9,136 nt of DNA from a virus (IMGVR_UViG_2713896770_000016:1-9136); one strand, 5' to 3'. Shown: positions 1 through 6,825, counted from the first letter of the stretch. A program made the numbers and translations. Notes: generated from the sequence alone by a model not told the origin.

Positions 1-2138
1 TCATCGGTCATAATGGCAGACTGCGCTTCACGTGATTGCTTCAGCCACCATTTAATGGTGTCACGATCAATGACTCCGCCAGCAGTTTCCAGATCGATAG
101 TCTTACTAAATTCCGGTCCCATATCTCCGGTTTGCGGATCGAAAAATATTGCACCTATTGAGATAATCGGGGCATCAGGATTTTTTCCCATGGTTTCAAG
201 GTCGATCATTAGATGGTCACACGTCCTGCTGGTGGATGTGATAACACGATGACCGTTCACCGTAATTAAGGGATCTGCCGTCTCGCCAGTTTCACTATCG
301 CTGGCGTGATCCTGAGCGCTGCCAGCATTCTCCTTGTGTGGATGTTCAGCGCCTTCCATTTTCTCCGAATCGTCTTCCTGAACTTCAACCTGGTTCTTGT
401 CATCGAATGTTTCCTGGTATGTTGCGTCGCCCATCACCGCACCACAATCAGGGCAGTTGCCACCGCCGGTCTGACCGCAGGCGGTGCAGACTTTTTCCAC
501 TTCCTGTTGCGCCACTGGTTCAGGCTGTTTCGTTTCTGGCTCGTTTTGTAACGCATTTGGGCTGTTTTGTTCCGCTTTCTGGTCGTTCTGTTCCGTTTCT
601 TGCTGGTTCTGGTTCACAGAATCGCGGGTTTCAATCCCCTTCACCCATTTCGGATCATTCGGGTCGCTAATCCCTGCAACAAATTCACCACGTGATGCGG
701 CGAGCAACTGATTGGCGTCAGGCTGGCTGATATTGGCTGCCTGCATAATTTTGTTTACTTCGTCAGCGGTAACTTTTACCGGTTCTGGCTGTGCGGTCGT
801 GTCAGATGCACCAGTATTTTGTTGTGAACCTGAGTATGTACTGTTTTTGCGGGCGAAATATTCTTCTTTCGTGATTTCAGTAGCCCCGGCAGCCAGCGCC
901 TTATCCAGACCAGAAAGTTTGTTTGCGCGACCGTATTTTTCGCCATCCTTGTCGGTGAAGAGGAAGTAGAACGGCCCCTCACGCTCTACAGATGGTTCGA
1001 CTTCCACTTTGCATTCGGTTTTTTCGTTGTCCGGAATTGCCGTTTCCACTGCATCAGTTTCTGGTACTGGCGACGAGAGAGTATCAGTTGCGCTCTGATT
1101 TGTTCCTTCATCTTCAAACACGCCCTTTGTAGTCAGGTATTCAGTAATGTATTTGTTCAGTGCCACAGGATCTTTGTGAATGTCGATCGGACGTTCACGG
1201 ACAAGGCCAAAAATAGTCTGGCGGTCGTAGCGAAGGGCATCAGGCTGTTTGCGCATCGATGCCGAGATACGCTTCCAGTCTTCGCGGTCGTTGTCGATAA
1301 CTTCATTTTTTGCCCAGCGATGGATGCTGCCGTCAATGTTTCCGGCATCCACATCACCAGGCCAGAGAGCGTAGGCCAGTTCGTCATCCAGTGTTTTCCA
1401 TGTCTGCTTATATTCGCGACGAATGACTGCAGTGACAGGGGGGATTTTTTCTGCTGAGTTTTCAGTGTGCTGTCGGTGGACTCTGGCGCGGGCGAGATCA
1501 ACAACAGACGTGTATTTTCCGGTTTCCTTGCGTTCACCTTCGCGACGTTTTTTCCAGATGCGCATTTCTGCCTGAATTTCGGGCCATTTGGCACCAGGCT
1601 TACATTTATGCTTAACCCACCCGATGGCATGCAGCTTAAGCTCCGGATACATGGCGTTAACTTCTGGCATTTTCATCAACGCTTCAACGATATGTCCGTC
1701 GAATGTTGCCATGTCTTCCTGCAACAATTCCTGCGCGCTAATCACCATATCAACGGTGATGTTTTCACATGTGTCGAACTTAACCATGACAGCGTTCTGT
1801 ACTTCAAGGGACAGTTTGTCAAAATTGACGTTCATCGGTTCGGATTCTGGTTCGACCGGAATAAAGGAAGCGGATTCCTCATCCCAGCGGTTTTCCTGCA
1901 TATATTCGGTATCCCAGGAGTCGATAGCAGGGCGGGGCATGCCGGGTTTATCCTCGCAGATAAGAAATTTATAAGCGCAGTCCTGAGCAGCCGGATATTG
2001 CTCCAGGAATTGCCAGGTAAATTTGGCACGGGCGCGGCGTTCGTCGCCAGCTTCAATGGCAGTGGCTACAGCAACTGCACCTTCTTCCTTTATTGCCTGT
2101 TCGTCCGGAATGGCGGCGCAAATAAAGACTTTACTCAT
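1..2138 (-). CDS. recE: RecE-like exodeoxyribonuclease VIII family protein, N-terminal ~712 codons; 3' end runs off the left edge of the window
   Basis: Minus-strand frame opens at ATG 2138-2136 (MSKVFICAAIPDE...) and stayed open in the stretches hand-checked (1-300, 1440-1500, 2100-2138). It is absent from the ORF track, consistent with having no in-window stop. The plus strand over the same span holds only short, mutually tiling shadow ORFs. GAGG lies about 10 nt upstream of the ATG. An internal segment ...LLAASRGEFVAGISDPNDPKWVKGIETRD... resembles what I recall of Rac RecE. No search was run. Confidence 0.7.
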   Translation of the reverse strand, partial: MSKVFICAAIPDEQAIKEEGAVAVATAIEAGDERRARAKFTWQFLEQYPAAQDCAYKFLICEDKPGMPRPAIDSWDTEYMQENRWDEESASFIPVEPESEPMNVNFDKLSLEVQNAVMVKFDTCENITVDMVISAQELLQEDMATFDGHIVEALMKMPEVNAMYPELKLHAIGWVKHKCKPGAKWPEIQAEMRIWKKRREGERKETGKYTSVVDLARARVHRQHTENSAEKIPPVTAVIRREYKQTWKTLDDELAYALWPGDVDAGNIDGSIHRWAKNEVIDNDREDWKRISASMRKQPDALRYDRQTIFGLVRERPIDIHKDPVALNKYITEYLTTKGVFEDEGTNQSATDTLSSPVPETDAVETAIPDNEKTECKVEVEPSVEREGPFYFLFTDKDGEKYGRANKLSGLDKALAAGATEITKEEYFARKNSTYSGSQQNTGASDTTAQPEPVKVTADEVNKIMQAANISQPDANQLLAASRGEFVAGISDPNDPKWVKGIETRDSVNQNQQETEQNDQKAEQNSPNALQNEPETKQPEPVAQQEVEKVCTACGQTGGGNCPDCGAVMGDATYQETFDDKNQVEVQEDDSEKMEGAEHPHKENAGSAQDHASDSETGETADPLITVNGHRVITSTSRTCDHLMIDLETMGKNPDAPIISIGAIFFDPQTGDMGPEFSKTIDLETAGGVIDRDTIKWWLKQSREAQSAIMTD

Positions 2139-2261
2139 TTTGTTTTAACCTCATGACAGATTTAAGGATGAACAAATCCCTGCCATTGCTGGCATATAAG
2201 AATCAAATCTGATGTATTCATTAAGCTGAATGTCGTATTGTGGCAGTTATTTTATTACTGC

Positions 2262-2483
2262 TCACCATGACTCTGCTTTTACAGGTAAACCATCACGACC
2301 AAGGAAGACTTTAATCATGGTTTCCTTAATACAGTGTTGTGTGGAAAAATCACGAATATAGAGCCGTTGTTTTTTAATGTTGTTTACCGAAGCAATATAT
2401 GTTCTTCCTTTATGAATAACATAATCACCGGGAGTCACGCACTGACGAGGAATCTCATCAGTTCCGAAGTGATGAGCAATCAT
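2262..2483 (-). CDS. kilR: KilR-like small protein (73 aa), putative cell-division inhibitor
   Basis: Track ORF 2262..2495 (77 aa). The internal ATG at 2483 is preferred because GGAG sits 6 nt upstream of it, whereas the 2495 ATG has no SD. The product [22 protein letters not shown]... is 73 aa, the length of Rac KilR, and lies immediately upstream of recE-like in the same orientation. The name rests on recalled similarity, not alignment. Confidence 0.5.
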   Translation of the reverse strand: MIAHHFGTDEIPRQCVTPGDYVIHKGRTYIASVNNIKKQRLYIRDFSTQHCIKETMIKVFLGRDGLPVKAESW

Positions 2484-2657
2484 AATTATCTCCATTTTTA
2501 CAAATGAACTTTGTTGATGCGGTGCCTGGTGCCTCCAGGTGACGTTAACCAGTTAACAATTAACGCCGGATACAGAGAACCCACCCATAACACTGTTTTT
2601 GGTTTTAACTGTTCCGCGTGCGCTCAGCCGCATTCACCGCATCACAAAACTCACTTT

Positions 2658-2715
2658 AAAAAGGGCGGCAGACCAGTCACGGAGTAAAACTGATACCGCC
2701 AAACGTCACCAGAAA
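2658..2715 (-). ncRNA. dicF: DicF-type sRNA (prophage-encoded, ftsZ-targeting family)
   Basis: Minus strand reads TTTCTGGTGACGTTTGGCGGTATCAGTTTTACTCCGTGACTGGTCTGCCGCCC followed by TTTTT. This matches the 53-nt E. coli DicF RNA as I recall it, apart from about 1 nt. It has a GC-rich 3' stem plus U-tail and occupies the same operon position as in Qin (after the ydfC-like gene, about 175 bp before the next gene). Confidence 0.7.
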
Positions 2716-3056
2716 ATTGATAACAGAGGGCGTTGCAGCGGGGTTGTCACTTAAGCGTATGGTCAACCTGACAACCCGGTGTCCTCAACGGGGGAAGGAA
2801 TAACCCCGCCATACTTACCGCCGCGCCATTTCGCGGATTGCCACAACCGGAAGCGCACGGTCGACGAAAATTTAACGACAGGCTATCTATGAACCAGCTA
2901 CCTCGCCGTGCGCTTTCGCGTTATGGTCTGACTTTTCAGGGAAATATCCTTTCAGTAAACTGTCAGTGCCGGATGCTCACCCGTGTCCGGCGCAAGCACT
3001 CCACCTCACCCGTGGAGAACTCCTTAATTACCAACCTTAGCTTCGTTGGTTAGCTA

Positions 3057-3275
3057 TTAACGCGGGTATGTAATCATTCTGGCAATGGTTAATGCCGCTG
3101 CTTTTTCCAGATTGGTGATATCCTGCTCCAGAGAGGACAGATTTTCAGCCTGCTTAGCCCTGACTTCATTAGCCCATTTCAGATCCTGCGCTGCATTAAT
3201 TTTCTGGTGCATCCACTCATAAAGTTCATCATTGGTATAGTCTGGCGCGATGATGACGGGTTCTCGTTTCTGCAT
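3057..3275 (-). CDS. YdfC-like small prophage protein (72 aa), function unknown
   Basis: Track ORF of 72 aa with GAGG 5 nt upstream of the ATG at 3275. Its size and position (third small gene after the repressor, before dicF) match ydfC of the Qin dicB operon. The sequence looks coiled-coil-like. Identity is inferred from context and length only. Confidence 0.5.
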   Translation of the reverse strand: MQKREPVIIAPDYTNDELYEWMHQKINAAQDLKWANEVRAKQAENLSSLEQDITNLEKAAALTIARMITYPR

Positions 3276-3304
3276 ACTGATTCCTCGCGGTGCTGTTTCG
3301 CTTA

Positions 3305-3433
3305 TCAGCCATTAGATTTTGCCGAACTGGAAAGCACCTGTTTAAATTCGTTGAAGCTGTGAGCTTCTTCGCCTTCGGCAAGGCCTTCGAAGTATTCTTC
3401 GTAAGCCTTTTCCATGATTGTGTCGAAATCCAT
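3305..3433 (-). CDS. YdfB/YdaG-like small prophage protein (42 aa)
   Basis: Hand-translated MDFDTIMEKAYEEYFEGLAEGEEAHSFNEFKQVLSSSAKSNG, with stop TGA at 3307-3305. The ATG at 3433 lies 1 nt after the stop of the upstream gene, suggesting translational coupling. The 42-aa acidic product matches the ydfB/ydaG family in size. The overlapping 69-aa track ORF 3229..3438 in another frame was rejected. Confidence 0.6.
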   Translation of the reverse strand: MDFDTIMEKAYEEYFEGLAEGEEAHSFNEFKQVLSSSAKSNG

Positions 3434-3434
3434 A

Positions 3435-3590
3435 TCACCCACCTGAATTTCTTTCCAGCCAGCGACGCGCTCCAGATTCGGTTTTAAACGTTTTGCTTTT
3501 GGTATACGTCATTGCGGTGAACGTACCGTACTGGTTGGGGAACACGCCACATACCAGAGATTCGCTGTTGCCAAGATCGATAGTATCCAT
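3435..3590 (-). CDS. YdfA/YdaF-like small prophage protein (51 aa)
   Basis: Part of track ORF 3435..3671. The internal ATG at 3590 has GAGG 5 nt upstream and gives MDTIDLGNSESLVCGVFPNQYGTFTAMTYTKSKTFKTESGARRWLERNSGG (51 aa, the size of YdfA/YdaF). A 78-aa version starting at 3671 is an alternative, also with a GAGG upstream. Confidence 0.6.
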   Translation of the reverse strand: MDTIDLGNSESLVCGVFPNQYGTFTAMTYTKSKTFKTESGARRWLERNSGG

Positions 3591-3775
3591 GCTGACCTCA
3601 TTTCCCCTTAACGCCGGGGTAGCGGAACAAAAACCTGCTGCATAGTTATTAAAGTTGAACCCTGCCGTCATGTTCTTACGCCTCGGGCTGGCTACTTAAC
3701 CCCTGACCACTGCCTGGTAACTCGAAGTATTGCCCTGCATTCTGTGGGGCGGGGTGGGTTGGTATGAAAAGAAGG

Positions 3776-3814
3776 ATACCCATAGGTATTTAAAAAGTAA
3801 ATACCCATGGGTAA
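3776..3814. promoter_or_regulatory. Operator pair downstream of the repressor gene (OL-like), probable control region of the leftward early operon
   Basis: Two 14-bp dyads: ATACC-CATA-GGTAT (3776-3789) and ATACC-CATG-GGTAA (3801-3814), centres 25 bp apart. The second contains the perfect 12-bp palindrome TACCCATGGGTA. They share the half-site with the operators at 4295-4347. Confidence 0.5.
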
Positions 3815-3855
3815 ATTTTTGCGGTGTCTTAACTGGTGACTAGTTGTTTGGTGAG

Positions 3856-4275
3856 CTATGATGCGTTTTGTGCTTTCTTTTTACGGATTTCTTCGTAGAT
3901 CATATTGTAATACTGTTTTTTCTCTTCAAGAGTTTTTAATAATTTATCCGCTTCACTTTCTGGCAGTTCGTCTAAGAGATCTAAAAAAATACGTTGTCGT
4001 GGCGTTAGAACCCTTGTTTCATAACTGGAGGCTGTGTTCGTTGATGATGAAACGATACCATCCATCCATCCCCGGGGTAACCCAAAGGACTCTTCGATAA
4101 TCTCCACCATATCATCAGCGATCCGTTTTTTTCCCTTTTTCCCCTCTGGGTACAACATTCTTGATACATAAGAAGGCTCGCGCCCGATCTTTCTGGCCAC
4201 GTTAACCGCTTTACCATCGCATTTCTCATCACGAATTTTGATGAGTTGCTGTCGTCTAAATTCATATTTGTCCAT
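3856..4275 (-). CDS. Prophage repressor, DicA/RacR-like HTH protein (139 aa)
   Basis: Track ORF. The N-terminal region has an HTH-like segment GKAVNVARKIGREPSYVSRML. The C-terminal LTPRQRIFLDLLDELPESEADKLL resembles the DicA C-terminus as recalled. It is divergent from a cro-like gene and flanked by palindromic operators. No SD precedes the ATG, so the mRNA may be leaderless. Confidence 0.8.
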   Translation of the reverse strand: MDKYEFRRQQLIKIRDEKCDGKAVNVARKIGREPSYVSRMLYPEGKKGKKRIADDMVEIIEESFGLPRGWMDGIVSSSTNTASSYETRVLTPRQRIFLDLLDELPESEADKLLKTLEEKKQYYNMIYEEIRKKKAQNAS

Positions 4276-4350
4276 AGGTAAATAATAGATGCGATTACCG
4301 CAAGGTAAACAACCTGTGGGTATTGACTTTTGTTTACCTGTGGGTATTCT
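4268..4350. promoter_or_regulatory. Divergent promoter/operator region (OR-like) between the repressor and cro-like genes
   Basis: Operators TTACC-GCAA-GGTAA (4295-4308), cAACC-TGTG-GGTAT (4310-4323) and TTACC-TGTG-GGTAT (4334-4347), plus a degenerate copy over the repressor start (4268-4281). Rightward promoter candidate: -35 TTGACT 4323-4328, 16-bp spacer, -10 TATTCT 4345-4350. Leftward candidate: -35 TTTACC (complement of 4304-4309), 16-bp spacer, -10 TATTAT (complement of 4282-4287), ending about 6 nt before the repressor ATG. Confidence 0.5.
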
Positions 4351-4375
4351 TTGCTGTGTTTACTAAGGAGTAGCT

Positions 4376-4657
4376 ATGGAAGAATTAAGAATATTTCTCA
4401 ATTCTCTTTCGTCAGATGAACAGCGTATGTTTGCATGCGAGTGTGGTACCAGCATCGGTTATCTAAGAAAGGCATTGAGTAAAGGTCAAGTGTTAGGGGC
4501 ATCGTTATGTGTCCTTATTGAGCGAGCCAGTAATGGTGAAGTTACACGTCAGCAACTAAGGCCTTTTGATTGGATGAATATTTGGCCCGAGCTGGAAGAT
4601 ACCAAAACGTTAACACAACCACTTTCTAGGAGCTTGATTCATGAAAATCAAGCATGA
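4376..4657 (+). CDS. Cro-like regulator, YdaS family (93 aa)
   Basis: Track ORF with AAGGAG 5 nt upstream of the ATG. HTH-like segment CGTSIGYLRKALSKGQ...ASLCVLIERASNGEVT. It is the first gene of the rightward operon, divergent from the repressor. Confidence 0.8.
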   Translation: MEELRIFLNSLSSDEQRMFACECGTSIGYLRKALSKGQVLGASLCVLIERASNGEVTRQQLRPFDWMNIWPELEDTKTLTQPLSRSLIHENQA

Positions 4658-5066
4658 ACACATCCGCATGGCGATGAATGCCTGGGCGCGTCCTGATGGC
4701 GAAAAAGTTCCAGCAGCTGGAATAACCCAGGCTTATTTTGAGTTGGGTATGACGTTCCCAGAACTGTATGACGACAGCCATCCGGAAGCCCTGGCTCGCA
4801 ATACCCAGAAAATTTTCCGCTGGGTAGAGAAAGACACCCCTGATGCTGTTGAAAAAATGCAGGCTCTGTTACCGGCGATCGAAAAGGCGATGCCGCCTTT
4901 GCTGGTGGCCCGTATGCGCAGCCACAGTTCTGAATATTACCGTGAGATCGTCGAACGGAGGGATCGGCTGGTGAAGGATGTCGATGATTTTGTTGCGTCA
5001 GCGGTTGTTTTGTATGACCAGATGAATCGCGGCGGCCCGGCAGGGAATGCTGTGGTGATGCACTAA
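4641..5066 (+). CDS. YdaT-family protein (141 aa), CII-like position
   Basis: Track ORF with AGGAG 8 nt upstream. It starts MKIKHEHI like Rac YdaT as recalled and is about the same length. It overlaps the preceding gene by 17 nt. Confidence 0.8.
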   Translation: MKIKHEHIRMAMNAWARPDGEKVPAAGITQAYFELGMTFPELYDDSHPEALARNTQKIFRWVEKDTPDAVEKMQALLPAIEKAMPPLLVARMRSHSSEYYREIVERRDRLVKDVDDFVASAVVLYDQMNRGGPAGNAVVMH

Positions 5067-5088
5067 AAGCACGGTGTTCGGGGGTTTT

Positions 5089-6051
5089 ATGAGCAGCAAG
5101 CTTCATGGTCTTGTCTGGGAAGGGTGCGCCTTCACCGGCATGATCTTATCCAGGGTGGCGGTTATGGCCCGTCTTGCAGACTACAGCAATGACGAGGGCG
5201 TGTCATGGCCTGCCATTGAAACTATCCGGCGTCAGATCGGTGCAAGAAGTGAATCCACAGTGAAATCGGCTATTGCAGAACTGGCGAAAGAGGGCTGGCT
5301 GACGAAGGAAGAGCGTAAGGTCGGTGGGCGTAATGTAAGCAATATCTATCGGCTTAATGTGGAAAAACTCGAAGCAGCTGCGGCGGCGGCGCGTGAGTCA
5401 TATAAACCGAAAAGAAAAATTAGCCCGGCAAAAAATGACCCGTTAACAGTTGACCCGTCAAATATTGACCCCTCAACGGTTGACCCGTCAAATTTTGATG
5501 GATCAACTGTTGATAAAAAACTGCCGATTAGGGGGGCGATGATTGACCCCGATCCGTCAGTATTAAAACCTGATCCGTCAGATAAAAGATCTTCTTGTCC
5601 GGACGCTTCGCAACCGGACCCGCAGACGGCTGAACAGGATTTTTTAACCCGACACCCTGACGCGGTTGTGTTCAGTGCGAAAAAACGCCAGTGGGGAAGT
5701 CAGGAAGATTTGGTGTGCGCACAGTGGATCTGGGGACGAATCGTGAGTCTTTACGAGCAGGCGGCCAGCTATGATGGCGAGATCACTAGACCGAAAGAAC
5801 CCAACTGGACAGCATGGGCCAATGACGTTCGCACAATGCGGATGCTGGATGGCAGAACTCACAGACAAATTTGTGAAATGTTTGGGCGTCTCCAGCGGGA
5901 TTCGTTCTGGGTAAAAAACATCATGAGTCCGGCAAAACTCCGGGAAAAATGGGATGAACTGGTTATCCGCCTGGGGCGTTCGCCTGCGCAGCGTTGCGTG
6001 AATCACATTTCTGAACCGGACACTGAAATACCGCCGGGATTCAGGGGGTGA
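5089..6051 (+). CDS. Phage replication initiation protein (O-like): N-terminal winged-helix DNA-binding domain, repeat linker, DnaT-like C-terminal region
   Basis: Track ORF 5074..6051, which starts at a GTG. I prefer the in-frame ATG at 5089, preceded by a G-run, though the start is uncertain by 5 codons. The N-terminus LSRVAVMARLADYSNDEGVSWPAIETIRRQIGARSESTVKSAIAELAKEGWL is typical of phage replication-protein HTH domains. It sits directly upstream of a DnaC-like gene and carries an iteron array inside the coding sequence. Confidence 0.85.
   Translation: MSSKLHGLVWEGCAFTGMILSRVAVMARLADYSNDEGVSWPAIETIRRQIGARSESTVKSAIAELAKEGWLTKEERKVGGRNVSNIYRLNVEKLEAAAAAARESYKPKRKISPAKNDPLTVDPSNIDPSTVDPSNFDGSTVDKKLPIRGAMIDPDPSVLKPDPSDKRSSCPDASQPDPQTAEQDFLTRHPDAVVFSAKKRQWGSQEDLVCAQWIWGRIVSLYEQAASYDGEITRPKEPNWTAWANDVRTMRMLDGRTHRQICEMFGRLQRDSFWVKNIMSPAKLREKWDELVIRLGRSPAQRCVNHISEPDTEIPPGFRG
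5435..5524 (+). repeat. Iteron array (about six tandem 15-bp repeats, TTGACCCGTCAAAT-like) inside the initiator gene; putative replication origin
   Basis: Direct repeats at about 5435, 5450, 5465, 5480, 5495 and 5510, each with an internal dyad TTGAC-cc-GTCAA, followed by an A-rich tract (5513-5520). Two further related copies (GATCCGTCAG) lie at 5551-5560 and 5572-5581. In the protein they encode a DPSxx pentapeptide-repeat linker. Confidence 0.6.
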
Positions 6052-6057
6052 CGTGTC

Positions 6058-6804
6058 ATGAAAAACATTGCGGCAGTTGGGGTTCTTGAACGTATTCGCA
6101 GACTTGCACCACAGGGGTCGGTTCCACCGTACCGGACGGTGGAGGAGTGGCGGGAATGGCAACTTGCTGAAGGACGAAAACGCAGCGAGGAGATTAACCG
6201 CCAGAATCGCCAGTTGCGGGTGGAAAAAATCCTGAATCGTTCGGGCATCCAGCCTCTGCACAGCAAATGCTCGTTTGCAAATTATCAGGTGCAGAACGAC
6301 GGGCAAAAATACGCGCTGAGCCAGGCCAAATCCATAGCTGACGAACTGATGACCGGGTGCACGAATTTTGTGTTCAGTGGTAAAACCGGCACCGGGAAAA
6401 ATCACCTTGCAGCGGCGATGGGCAACCGGCTGATGGTGAAGGGGCGCAGCGTGATTATCGTCACCGTGTCTGACGTCATGAGCGTGTTGCATGACAGCTA
6501 CGACAACGGCAAATCCGGGGAAAAATTTTTACAGGAGCTTTGCGGGGTTGATTTGCTGGTCCTGGATGAAATAGGCGTTCAGCGGGAGACGAAAAACGAG
6601 CAGGTGGTATTGCACCAGATAATTGATCGCCGGACAGCATCACTGTGCAGTGTCGGGATGTTAACAAACCTGAATCATGCCGCAATGAGTACGCTTCTTG
6701 GTGAGAGGATTATGGACCGCATGACCATGAACGGTGGTCGATGGGTGACGTTTAACTGGGATAGCTGGCGTCCAAATGTCAGCAATATGAGGGTTGTGAA
6801 GTAA
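6058..6804 (+). CDS. DnaC-like helicase loader (IstB-type AAA+ ATPase), YdaV-like (248 aa)
   Basis: Track ORF with AGGGGG about 9 nt upstream. Walker A motif FSGKTGTGKNHLAAA and Walker B motif LLVLDEIG. Same length as Rac YdaV as recalled. Confidence 0.9.
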   Translation: MKNIAAVGVLERIRRLAPQGSVPPYRTVEEWREWQLAEGRKRSEEINRQNRQLRVEKILNRSGIQPLHSKCSFANYQVQNDGQKYALSQAKSIADELMTGCTNFVFSGKTGTGKNHLAAAMGNRLMVKGRSVIIVTVSDVMSVLHDSYDNGKSGEKFLQELCGVDLLVLDEIGVQRETKNEQVVLHQIIDRRTASLCSVGMLTNLNHAAMSTLLGERIMDRMTMNGGRWVTFNWDSWRPNVSNMRVVK

Positions 6805-6825
6805 TTTTGTCCGGAGGAAATTTTA

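Noticed and set aside
1467-2156. 229-aa plus-strand ORF, together with the other plus-strand ORFs at 13-969 and 1176-1974
   Set aside because: They tile the region in several frames and lie antisense to the long continuous minus-strand RecE-like frame. They have no SD and a low-complexity composition, so they are shadow ORFs.
2517-2687. 56-aa plus-strand ORF overlapping dicF antisense
   Set aside because: It has no SD and a His/Pro-rich composition, and it overlaps the sRNA on the opposite strand.
2838-3053. 71-aa plus-strand ORF in the ORF-free spacer (TTG start; internal ATG at 2889)
   Set aside because: It is Arg-rich and low-complexity, has no convincing SD and runs opposite to the operon. 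A sieB-like remnant cannot be excluded, but the sequence does not support a gene.
3229-3438. 69-aa minus-strand ORF overlapping the ydfB-like and ydfC-like genes
   Set aside because: It is an alternative frame with a basic low-complexity product. The 42-aa frame has the coupled start and matches the expected family size.
3435-3671. 78-aa extended form of the ydfA-like gene
   Set aside because: The internal start at 3590 has the better-spaced SD and gives the 51-aa length typical of the family. The longer form is kept only as an alternative.
4648-5106. 152-aa minus-strand ORF
   Set aside because: It is antisense to the YdaT-like gene in the rightward operon, with Pro/Ser/His-rich low complexity and no ribosome-binding site.
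5644-6492. 282-aa minus-strand ORF
   Set aside because: It is antisense to the well-supported initiator and DnaC-like genes, with His/Pro/Arg-rich composition and no SD. It is a shadow ORF.
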